Part shown: positions 41,301 to 53,300 of the stretch, in pieces
How positions within the stretch are numbered: the first letter of the stretch is position 1
Layout of the letters: each line of letters opens with the position of its first letter
Assembly (NCBI GenBank): GCA_977020255.1
Contig: CDROCS010004697.1
Coordinates: forward strand, 1-53,351
Direction of reading: 5' to 3'
Source of the DNA: Obrimoposthia wandeli
Lineage: Eukaryota
DNA length: 53,351 nt
Program-made: the position numbers and the translations under genes
The notes under the pieces: model-generated
What the model was told of the DNA's origin: nothing
The model's input: only the letters and a program-made list of their open reading frames with translations
Database searches by the model: none

Positions 41301-44300
41301 ATGTTCAGATTGTGACTGTGTGCCTGTGTGACTGTGTGACTCTTGTGACTTGACTGGGATGTGGACCGCGACAGCGGGAGGGTAGGTCATACCGGAAGTA
41401 ACTGTGTGACTCTTGTGACTTGATTGTGATATGGACCGCGACGGCGGGAGGGTAGGTCATACCGGAAGTAACTGTGTGACTCTTGTGACTTGACTGGGAT
41501 GTGGACCGCGACAGCGGGAGGGTAGGTCATACCGGAAGTGACTGTGTGACTCTTGTGACTTGACTGGGATGTGGACCGCGACAGCGGGAGGGTAGGGCAT
41601 ACCGGAAGTGGGTCCTTGAGAATTCTTCTAGCGTGTGCTGCGGAACCCGGTTGTCGAAGTCACTCGGGTCGCTGGCGGGACCTTTGTGGTCCGTGAATAG
41701 GGCAAGAACTCGCTGTCCTGGAGGCTCCAAGCTCGGCACGATGTACACCAGCTCAGCAGGGAAGTCTCCGGCCATGCCAGTCCTGCGGTTCTCGCCGTAC
41801 CACCATTGGTTCTCGGCATGTGGAGCTCCCACGAAGTCGTCAGCCAGAACAATGAGGTCACCCTTGTTGCACGCCAGGAAGGAGGAACCTGCAGTGGAAG
41901 AAAGGCGATAAGAGCGGTCAAAGCACCTCTGAGGATTGTGTGCGGTACCTGGCTTAGAGAATGCCTCGAGGGCAACCACAAATCGACTGCGCTGCTTGAG
42001 ACCCTCCAGGAAGGATACCACCAGGTCGCGGACGTCCTCTGCATTCGCGCAGTTGAAGGTGAAGGTGTCGTCCTTGATGGTGACCAGCGAGAGGGTCTGG
42101 CCATGTAGGCGACTCGTACTGCAATGAAGAAGCGGAAGCAGTGGCGAGGAAATTCTCAATAGGTTAAAGGTACTTTCATCGTTATTGACTAATTGAGTTT
42201 TGATTAGAAATATCCTTATTCATATGATATTAAATATATCAAATATAACAAAGCAGTTTTAGCTACGGCATTTTTTGATGTGAATTCATAAACTTATAAA
42301 TTTGCCATATATACAGCCAGCTATAATTAGTATAATAAGGTCAAGTAATTCAAAGTCATTTCATCAATACAGTGGATTGTTTAGCGATGAGGTATTAGGA
42401 TATATTATTTTAAAATACAGGTTAGGGATACTTGAGACTGAGCGGAGAGTGGATAGGTGACCTTGAGATTGCATGTTGACCAGTGCAATGAAGACCAATG
42501 GAGAAAGGAAATAGTCAAGCAGAATTCCTCAAAAACATTTTATAATATGGCAATGTTTTCATATTTATTTGTGTTATAACTTTTCAATAAATAAATATAA
42601 ATTTAAGATAATTTTTTTTGTTATTTCTTATGCAACAGTATCAAAATATATCGGCAAAACTGTAAAAGTGTGTAAAAAGGAGCGAACAACCGAATTACTG
42701 CCAAATAATAGATGTTGGACAATGAAGGAGCCTTGTACGAGTGTCCAGACACACAAAAAAAGGAAGAAGTAATGACACAAATCTAGCCATTTCAGAATAT
42801 AATTACCGAGAAGCAGTGTCCGAATAATTACACATCATTGTATTAGTGGAAAAGTGTTGAATAAAAAAGAGTTTAATGTTTTTCGTCATAATTTTTAATA
42901 TATTATAAGAACATAAATTTTTAAATTTAAAAGAGGTTTTAATTATTTTAGAATTAAAAGTGAAATTTTTAAAATATAACTTAAAATATTTATAAATCAT
43001 AATTAAATTTAGATATTTTAACATTCAAGTTATTAAAAAAAAAATCCTGTTTAAATATAAATTTGTTTTTTTCCAGTTCAAGAGAGAAAATGTTTGAAGT
43101 TATTTTTCTTATCATTTTTCTAACTATATTACTATAATGTATTTGAATGTTTTTAAAATTTTGAAAAAGCAATTACATTTTTTAAAAATTTTGAAATGAA
43201 CTATTAGTGATTGAACAAGCGTACAAAAATGCAGTTTTAAATTAACATTTGTTTTAATAAAAAGTAACTTATAATTTACAACAAAAAATTAAGCCAAAAC
43301 GAATTTTTTAAATGTTTGACAGAATATTTTTAAAATGTTAACCCTTTAGAGTTTATAAGTAAATATTCAGGTAATGTATTTATAAATACAAAATATTGTG
43401 TCCATTGTCAAATCAAATAACTCAATATTCGAAATTTCAATATCTTTCGGATTAAGAATCTCCTTTTCGAGTATCTGTCGCTTGCTTTATCATTTCCCTG
43501 CAAAAACTATAATTTTGTTGGATATTCACGCCAAAAGCGTTCCACCTCATTGCAGCTAAAAAAAATTCTGGCTTGTTTTGTTGTAACTTATTTTCATAAT
43601 CCTCAGGAAATTCATCTACAGCTAATTAAGAAACAGTTCCTTCTTATCCCATACTTTGTTTTTTTACCGTATTGTGACAATCAAAAAATATGTTAATCAC
43701 CATATATATGTCAGGTTTTACGGCATTTTTGTTCGGACTTTAAAAAAATTGGACAGTTTCACAATATATAGAAAATACTGTACATTGAAACTACTGTTAA
43801 TAGTCAATAATAAGATAATTTGTTTTTGTGAAATATAAAACTGTGAAAGGCTATATTTTGATTTATTTTTGAAAGGTATATGTAAACATATTTATCTTAC
43901 GACAGAAGTTCTTTCTGCATGCGATTTATATTAAAAAATTATAAATGGAATGTGAAAGGATTAATTTAATTTGCATAGCTGTGCAATAATTTCGTTTTTT
44001 AAAATTGAATATTAACTAACTTAAAAGGGCCCAGGTAATTTTCAGTTAACATTTTGAGGACATAAATAGTGCTATTTCGAATATGGCTAAAATTCATTAA
44101 CTATCGGGGCCATTTGTGGAGTCTGAAGGGGTCACTAAAATTGGCAATGCGACAATTCTCTTATTGCACAGTTTCGTCCACATACCAAAATAGAAAGATT
44201 ATGAAACTGAACAAGTAACCGGCACAGAAGCTCGGCATGGAAACAGCACGACCACCGGCAACAAAATGCAGTAAACCCTGGGAGCGCCCACACAAATGCT

Positions 44301-47300
44301 GCCGCGTTAATGCACACCCATATGACTGTGGTCTGGACGGCGTATATAAAAGAAACCGTAGCTGGTATTAGCGACAGTTTGGAGAAATGGAGTTGGGAAT
44401 AAAGCGTCGCTCAACGTCCTGAAGAAAGCCTTCAGAATTAGATCGAACTATTGTTCTCACTGCAAAATGGCCGATCGGGACTTGTATCAGAGCCCCCTGA
44501 CAGACGAGGTCAAGCAGTGGCTCACATCATACGCACCTCGGATGGGAATCTCTGGGTATTTCTAGATGACAGTTGCGGGCAGTGAGATGAAGAATAAATG
44601 AACTATTTCAAGTGCCTTACTCAATGCGCTCTTTGATTACACATGTGAGCGAAATCTCGTGGTCATCACAATGCACGGCTAGAGCTGCCAAACACGGGCA
44701 AATGCAGCTGCAAATGGTTACTACATCAGCGACACACCAGCCAGCAGCAAGCCAAGTTACCTGGACATCAACAAGTTCACGGTTCTGCACGAACAGAGGC
44801 AGCATCAACATATTTCACACTAGCAACACTGCCACAATACGCATCTCCCTCCAAATCCCTCCATCTTCCCATCTCTCTTCATCTCCCTCCAACTCCCCCT
44901 CATCTTACCATCTCTCTTCATCTTCCTTCATTTTCCTCTATATTCCTCCATCTTCTTTATCGCTTTCATCGACCTCCATCGTCTTCATATTCTTCCATTT
45001 CCCTCCAACTCCCTCCATCTTCCCATCTCTCTTCATCTCCCTCCATTTCCCTCTATATTCCTCCATCTTCTTTATCGCTTTCATCGACCTCCATCGTCTT
45101 CATATTCTTCCATCTCCCTCCTCCTTCATCCAACTCTCTCCACCTTCCTCCATATCCCTCTACCTTCATCCATCTCTCCATCTCCATCGATCTATCTCCA
45201 TTTTCCTCTATATTCCTCTATCTTCTTTATCCCTTTCATCGACCTCCATCGTCGTCATATCTTTCCATCTCCCCCTCCTTCATTCATCTTCCTCCATCTT
45301 CCCCATCTCCTTCCATCTTCTTCATCTTCTTCCATCTTCCTCAATCTCCATTAATCTTAATTAATCTCTTTCCATCTACCTCTCCCTTCATCCATCTATC
45401 CTTCTCCCCCCACCTTCCTCCACATTTATCCAAATCCCTCCATCTTCTCCATCTCTTTCCATCTCCCTCCACCTACCCTTCTCCCTCCACCTTCCTCCAT
45501 CTCCCTCTACCTTCATCCAACTCCCTCCATCTTCCCCATATCCTTCCATCTTCTTAATCTCCTTCCATCTCCCTCCACCTTCATTCATCTCCCTCCATAT
45601 TCCCCATATATCTTCATATTTCTCCATCTTCCACATCTCCCTCCATTTTCTTCCTCTCCTTCCATCTACCTCTATATTTTTTATCTCCTTCCATCTCCCT
45701 CCACCTTCATCCAACTCCCTCTATTTTCCCCATCTTTCTTAATCTTTAAACATCTTTCCCATTTCTCTTCATCTTCCTCCTTCTCTTTCCTTCTTCCTCA
45801 ACCTTCCTCCATCTCCCTCCATCTTCCTTAATCTCCATTCATCTTCTTCCATCTTCACATTTCTCTTAATCTTCCACATCTCCATCTACATACTTCCATT
45901 TTCCTCTATATCCCTCCTTCTTCTGCTTCTCCTTTCCTCTACATCCACCCTCCTCCATCTCCATCTATCTTCTTGTAACTCCCTTTATATCCCAACTCAC
46001 CGACTGCTCGATACTTCTATAATCTCTGGAAAAGGAAGCTCCAAGTGGATCCTCTCAGAGGCGTCTACCAGATATACTCCAGTCCAGTTCACAGTAATGA
46101 TTACGTCATTGGTCTCCAGTGAGGGTCCTGAGAACTTGACTGCCTCGTAAAAGCGCGAGAAGAGCATGGGCCACTTCAGCCGCGCCAACTGCACCACATC
46201 ACCCTTCAGAAACTCCACCGAGGGTACAGCAGCACCCGACTTTGTAATCTCCTTCTCGATCTAGAAATGTGGACGAATCACAACTGAATCTCTTCATTAA
46301 TTGGTCAGGCCTCATTTTGTGTGTGTGCTGTAATCAGGTAATGGTTTTCGAAGCCAAGGTTATTGAACTCGTTAACAGAATTAAAATCATCAATTATTAC
46401 GTCTCAAACTCTCAACCGTCTCCATCTATATACTCATGTTCCTTTATGAACATATTTTGTATAATGCATAAATTGACAAATAATATCTATATCAATCTTT
46501 AGCTTAACCGAGTTATTTGATTCACGCTTATATAGAGAAGATCTTTTAATTTCAGGTCTCCCATTTGCCGTCATATTTTCAGAATGGGACATTTCCCAAA
46601 TAAAATTTTCATTAAATAATATTATTTAAAAGAGAAATGCCTAAAGTTTTTTAAAACCATATAAATTCAGGTCACAACAAATCGCAAAAAGAGGCCCGGA
46701 GAGTTATATAGGAGAGCTTCTTAAACTATTTAAAATTAAAACTGTTATGTCAAACCATTTTTGGCATATCCTGATTAATTTATCAAATGAAAAATAGAAT
46801 AGATTTCCGTAATTAAGACCGAATAGTATGCTCGAGCACCAAATCGTTATGAATGTTCCCTACCCTCAAAGCTGCTGGTGTTAAAGTGAAACCAACTTTG
46901 GTGAAGAGACTGGCCCAATGAGCACGCTTCTCCTTGGTGGTGCCGATGCAGAAAGCGGGCACGTACTTGGTGACCCTATCTGGCACAGAGTCCCTACAGT
47001 CGTCCACAAGGGCCTGGTAGACGGCCAAGCGCGCAGTCTCCTCATCCTGGACGATCACGGCACGTCATCAGCGTTAAGGGGCCGCCAATGCAGGGTTGTA
47101 ACCTACCGAGTCGCAGCGGTACTCGCCATGCTGGAGGCCTCGCGATATCTGGTGGTAGATGAGATCCGTCGCCACTGGGTCGTCGCTGGGCTCGTGCCAG
47201 GGAGTGAAGATCTCCTTGCGAAAGAAGAGACGCCAGCGGGCACGAGACTCTGGTACCCCGCGTTCCTTGGCGAATTGCTCGCACTGGCTAACGGCGTCCA

Positions 47301-50300
47301 TAACGTGGTCACTGCCGCTGCCGAGCGAGGACACCTGCGCCAAGCGGTCAAGGTCAAGGTCAAGGTCACGAGTACACATTTGATGATTCAAGTAGACAGA
47401 CGTGGGTCCAGGTCACGGCCAGAAACCCACCTCACATGCCATGCCCGAGAATGAGTGAATGTCACACCACAAGAGTCAATTTGACCACCTACCTTGTCGA
47501 GGATGGCAATGAAAAGGAGAATCAGAAACGGTCTCGCAGTCCAAGTCTGGTGGCCAGATCAGCACAGAGCTCAGCTGCGGTGGATGCTGAATCCGCCATC
47601 CACAGGTGCACGAGCATCCATGCAGGTGACACCGAGCTCGATGTGGGTCAGCCAAATCGTCTGACCGCCCGCAACTCGATGGAGGCCGGCGGCTGGGCTC
47701 GGCTGCCATTGGTGAGTGTCCGCTGCAGTCTCGCAGCCAGATAGGCAGCCAGAGCAGAGTCACTACCTCCAAATCTGGAGTGAAGCCACCCGCGCAGTGC
47801 TGGGGCCAGACGCTCACTGGGGGCAAAGCAACCGAGGCAGAGTGCGAGTAAGATCAGACCACAGGTCACACTGTTAGAGCGAGTTTGAGCACTGGAGCAG
47901 AGTTACAAGCTGGCATAGCACCTGCAATGATGAGGGAAAATGAAGAAAGTTCGAGGAAGATGGAGGCATGAAGAAAGATGGAGAAATTTGGAGGAAGATG
48001 AGGGAAAGATGGAAGACGTTGATGAAGGAAGATGTGAAGTGAACAATGGAGGAGTAGAGGGGATGGGATGAAGGAAGATGGAAGTGAAAGATGGAGGTGA
48101 GATGATGGAAGTGATGAAGGAAGATGGCAGTGAATGATGGAGGTAGATGGAGGAATGATGAAGGAAGATGGAGGTGAGATGATGGAGGTAGATGGAGAAT
48201 GAAAAGGAAGACAGGTGGATGAGAAGTGAGATGATGGAGGTAGATGGTGATGGAAGAAGGAATGACGGATGGAGTGAGATGATGGAGGTAGATAAGTGAT
48301 GAAGGAAGACAGATGGTGATGAAGGAAGATGGAGTGAGATGATGGAAGGTAGGTGATGAAAAGGAAGGGAGGCAGATGGAGTGAGATGATGGAGGTAGAT
48401 GGAAGGAATGATGAAGATGAAGATGGAGTGAGATGATGGAGGTAGATGGTGATGAAGGAGATGAAGGAAGGAAGATGGAGTGAGATGATGGAGGTAAATG
48501 GAGATGAAGGAAGATGGAGTGAGATGATGGAGGTAGATAGAGATGAGGAAGATGGAGTGAGATGATGGGTGAAAATGGAGATGAAGGAAGATGGAGTGAG
48601 ATGATGGAGGTAGATGGAGATGAAGGAAGATGGAGTGAGTGAATGATGGAGATAAGGAAGATGGAGTGAGATGATGGAGATAGATGGAGATGAAGGAAGA
48701 TGGAGTGAGATGATGGAGGTAGACAGACGGAGATGAAGGAAGATAGTGAGATGATGGAGGTAAATGGAGATGAAGGAAGATGGAGTGAGATGATGGAGGT
48801 AGATGGAGATGAAGGAAGATGGAGTGATGACAGAAGAAGAAGGCAGATAAACCAGAAGAGGCAGATGATGAAGATGAAAGGAGATGAGATGAAGATGGAG
48901 TGGAGATGATGATATGGAGTGTGAAGGAAGATGGAGATGATGCTGGATGATGGGTAAAGATGATGAAGGAAGATGAGTAAGAGGAGATGATGGAGTGAGA
49001 TGATGGATAGAGACATGGAGTGAGAGGAGATGGATGGAGGTAGATAGAGATGAAGGAAGATGTGAGGATGAGATGAGTGAGATGGTGATGGTAGATGATG
49101 AGATGAAGGAAGATGGAGTGAGATGATGTAGAGGTGATAGAAGATGGGTAGAGAGATGAAGATGGAGAGAAGGAAGATGGAGTGAGATGATGGAGGTAAA
49201 TGGAGATGAAGGAAGATGGAGTGAGATGATGGAGGTAGATGGAGATGAAGGAAGATGGAGTGATGTGATGGCAGAAGATAAACGAAAGAGGCAGATGGAT
49301 GAAGATGAAAGGAGATGAAGGAAGATGGAGTGAGATGATGGAGGTAGAGAGATGAAGGAAGATGGAGTGAGATGATAGAGGAAGATGAGATGGGAAAAGA
49401 TAGAAGAAGTAGAGGGAGATAAGGAGATTGAGAAAATGGATAAAAGATGATATGGAGTGAGATGATAGAGGAAGGCAGAGAATGAAGATGAAGGAAGATG
49501 GAGTGAGGTGATGGCAGAAGATGGAGGAATATAAATGCTAACTTCATCACGGAGTGGCGGTCAACAAGCCATGTCCCACAATAAAGTGCAACTTCTCAAA
49601 CTGGTCACCGGAGGTCTCTCGGCAGCAAAGATCCTGTGCGGCTGCTGCTTCTGGTCGCTAGAGCCACCACCGCCGCCACTGCCGACCGCACTTGCAGTTG
49701 TGCCACCACCTCCTCCGTCAACTTGGACTTCTTCTTCAACGTCAACGACACGATATTGCGCCGCTGACTCGCCTCGTATGGAGTGGGCTGCGATGTCTAC
49801 GTTGAGAGGTGGAATTAGGCTGGTTTACAGCAAACACACCATAGTGTCAGTCGATTAGTCCTAAACATTTTGGTGTAAACTCCTAGGGTGAAAGTATGGG
49901 ATGACTTTTTCTCTGCGATCTTTTTCAAGTCAGCGCACTCAGCACAACGTAAATGCATGTGTGAAATGCGTGTTTGGTGTGTATAAAGGTGGAGATGTGG
50001 AGTACATGTGAGTGCATCTGAGGTGTGCATGTGGGTACTCACAAATGCAGCTTCGTCGTCGTGACCGCGTCTGTTTAAGCTGCTGTCTCCGAGCTTGAGG
50101 CTGAGCGGTGTCGAAGCGGCGGCCCAGAGACTGGTAAATGTGGCTCATGACAGTGCCGATGAGGATCCGGGTGCGTGGTGTCGGGCTGCAGAAAAACAGC
50201 GGGGGGCCACAACCGGATCAGGAAGGTCTTTGGTGAACCGAAGGATTACGATCCAGACTGCCAAAGCGGCCTCGCGGTCACCGGGCGCGAGTGGTGCAGC

Positions 50301-53300
50301 AGCGGACGCACCAGGGGACGGCGGGAGAACTCCGTGGCGTCCTGACCTGACTGGAAATGTGGCCACGAACTTGCTCCAGGGATGTGAGTGAGCATCGGCC
50401 TTCAGTCGGGTCAGCAGCTGCTCACTTTTCTCCACGCCATCGCTACTGCCAGATGCCGCTGACAGCCAATCAGAGATGCGCTGCCCCGGCCCGTCAAGGT
50501 CGCCGAATGCCCGGCGATTGCGGCTACGCACACTCGAGTTCGCCGATAGTAGGCCTCCACCACTATCTTCAAGTCCCCGAATATCTCGTCCACCTGGCCA
50601 ATGAAGAGGAAAAGCCGTCAATAACAACATGGAATTACTGACAAATACTTCTGATAATTGTTTTATTGCCATCTCTAAGAGATAGTCAAGACCTCAATAG
50701 CTCAGCGTGGGCTTCAACTAGAACTGACCTCCTGGCCAGAGCAAGAGCTTATTGGGGGAAAACTTAGAATTAAATTTTGATACATTTATCAATCTTCGTG
50801 ATATTTTCTTTTTTCCATAAATTTGTCAAAATCGATTGTCTGTTTCTATGCTGCCTCTTAATCTGAGAACAAAAGAGAACCGTATATCTCAATAAATACA
50901 AAATATCGCCTAAACAATGCTTAGAACTTCAACTGTTTTCTTCTACTCACCACTATAGACTCGTCAACTGGCAATCCTCTTCGTCTTTCTGCTTCTGCGA
51001 TTTTCTCTTTTTGCTGCTTGGTATCTCGTTGAAGTTGATCAGCCTCAGTTTCGTTTTGGGTTTTCATTTCCGCCATGCGAGCCTGCGTTAAAAGAGTGAG
51101 AGAGAGTGAGAGTGAGAGGGAGTGAGTGAGAGTGAGAGTGAGAGAGTGAGAGAGAGTGAGAGAGAGTGAGAGTGAGGGAGAGAGTAAGAGAGAGAGGTAG
51201 GTGAGTGAGAGAGTGAAGAGTGAGGTGAGAGTGAGAGAGGAGTGAGATAGAGGAGAGTGAGAGAGAGTAAAGAGAGGGAAGTAAGAGAGAGTGAGAGTGA
51301 GGGAGAGAGAGTGAGAGAGAGTGAGAGTGAGAGAGAGTGAGAGAGTGAGAGTGATTGAGAGTGAGTGAGATTGAGAGAGAGTGAGAGAGAGTGAGTGAGT
51401 GAGTGAGAGTGAGAGAGTCAGATAGAGTGAGTGAGAGTGAGGTGAGGGAGTGAGAGAGAGGTCAGAGAGTGAGTGAGAGTGAGATATGAGTGAGTGAGTG
51501 AGAGAGAGAGTGAGAGGGGAGAAGAAGAGTGAGAGAGAGGAGAGAGTGAATGTGTGAGATTAGAATGGATGAGTGTGAGAGAGATTGTCTACAAAATTAT
51601 CCACTGTTTTAACCTACTTCATGTCTCTTCTCTGTCTCTAGCTTGGCCTTCTTCTCATCCATCTGCTTTCTTCAGGGTCAATTTCCTCCTGCTTCTTCAT
51701 CTCCAGTGCCGCTGTCATCTTCGACTTCTGAATGAAAGAGAAGCATCAAGTCAGTCTGCCACACCTTCATCGCACCTCTTTACGGATGGCCGTGACTCTG
51801 CGCTTGGCGAGAAGTCCGCGTGTACCGCTCTGTAGCATCACTACCGCACTGCGCCTCCGGGCTGCCCTTATTCTGGCAAGACGACCACGACAGAGTCGCT
51901 GGGAGGCGCACAAATCCGCGTAAGTCCGCCAGACGGGCGCCCCTGCTGGCTAACCGGAACTCTCCATACCGCCTGGAGAAGAGAGACACACCGCGGCGAA
52001 CCTGCCAAATGGTAGTGGGAGTGGCAGTTACGGTTCATGCCAAGAATGCTCGGAAGTTTAGGAAATAATTGGAAAGGAGCGGTTAGCTGTCCATTTCGAC
52101 CTTGTCGTATTTAGAGTTCGTTTTCTAAATTCGGCTGAAGAAATTTTGTATTTGCTATTGTACTTAGCAGTGTCTTATTTGATTTATTTTGTATTTTTGC
52201 AAGATGGGATAATTCAGAGAATAAGCCGAGTAGGAATTAGCCAGATCCCTATAAGTGGCGTGTTAAGGGAAAGGGAATGAGTTAAATGGGCTCAACTGGC
52301 TAATTCACGGTCTTGATCTAAGTATCATTTAGAAATCGTGGGGAAGATACTCAAGCAAATTTTAAAGGAAACAAACGGTTCAACTTAAGTGTTATCTATT
52401 AATGCACGAGGACCTCACTTTTTTGTTGTGTTGACACCAGCATTTATTCTTAACCAATTTTGGGATGCTATACTCAAATAAACAAGTAGAAAAACTTTTC
52501 TCGAAGGCTCTAACTCTTTTCAATGTTAACATATTTTTGTTGATGATTTTGTTGGGAAATTTGAACCCTTCTCGTTTGTGACGTGGCAGATTTGGCAAAC
52601 GTACGATTATAGAGTCTTAAATGAGACTGAAAACAACTTTACAAATTTCGACCATTTCCTTTGTTTATTCCCCAAAAAGGTGCAGAACTTCACAATATAC
52701 ATTAAAATCAGTTTGGATGTTTCAGGGTAAAATATGTAGAAATAAGATCTGCAGAGGCAAGAATTGGCGATTGAGGCACTTGTGTTTGTGGCAGTCATCA
52801 TGACAAACTCGAGCTTTGCTCCAACGGCAGTCAGTCGCCACATATTTATCCCATCATCCGCTTCCTTGGCTTTGAGGTTCTTAGCAAGAGCTACAGTCAA
52901 ACAAACCTGTTTCAGAAGTAAAGAGAAAAACCGATAGTTTTTATGATTTGCAGTGTTAATCAAACTCGGGCGTAATCGAGTTATGAATATATATTTTACA
53001 GTTTTATTTACAAAATTGTTCTTTTAATTTATTGTACTCTAGTTGGATTATTACGGTAGATGGATATTTTAATAATAAAAAGATTGCTTATGTCAGATTG
53101 GATCTCCACAGGCGGTTACCTTGCGGAAGCGGCGCTGGGCGATGAGACGGCGCAAATGGGCCTGGATGGAAACTACAGCTGCGCATGCGGCGGAATCGTC
53201 TTCTAGCGATCCAGCCTCGCCATCGCCGCTGCCGGCTTTCCACTATCCTGCATGCGCGTCGCGCTGACTCACTCCAACCACACGTCCGCTGCCTCCTTCA

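Noticed and set aside
44612-45714. 250-aa (+) and 108-aa (-) ORFs
   Set aside because: They are mostly translations of the pyrimidine tract, with no domain-like sequence.
47874-49550. 558-aa minus-strand ORF rich in S/H/L/P/I
   Set aside because: It is a translation of the low-complexity intronic tract, which lacks stops by composition. Only its ends touch real myosin exons.
52607-52963. 118-aa minus ORF as an extra myosin exon
   Set aside because: No myosin similarity, and the flanking exons (53120 and 52001) already join consecutive IQ motifs.
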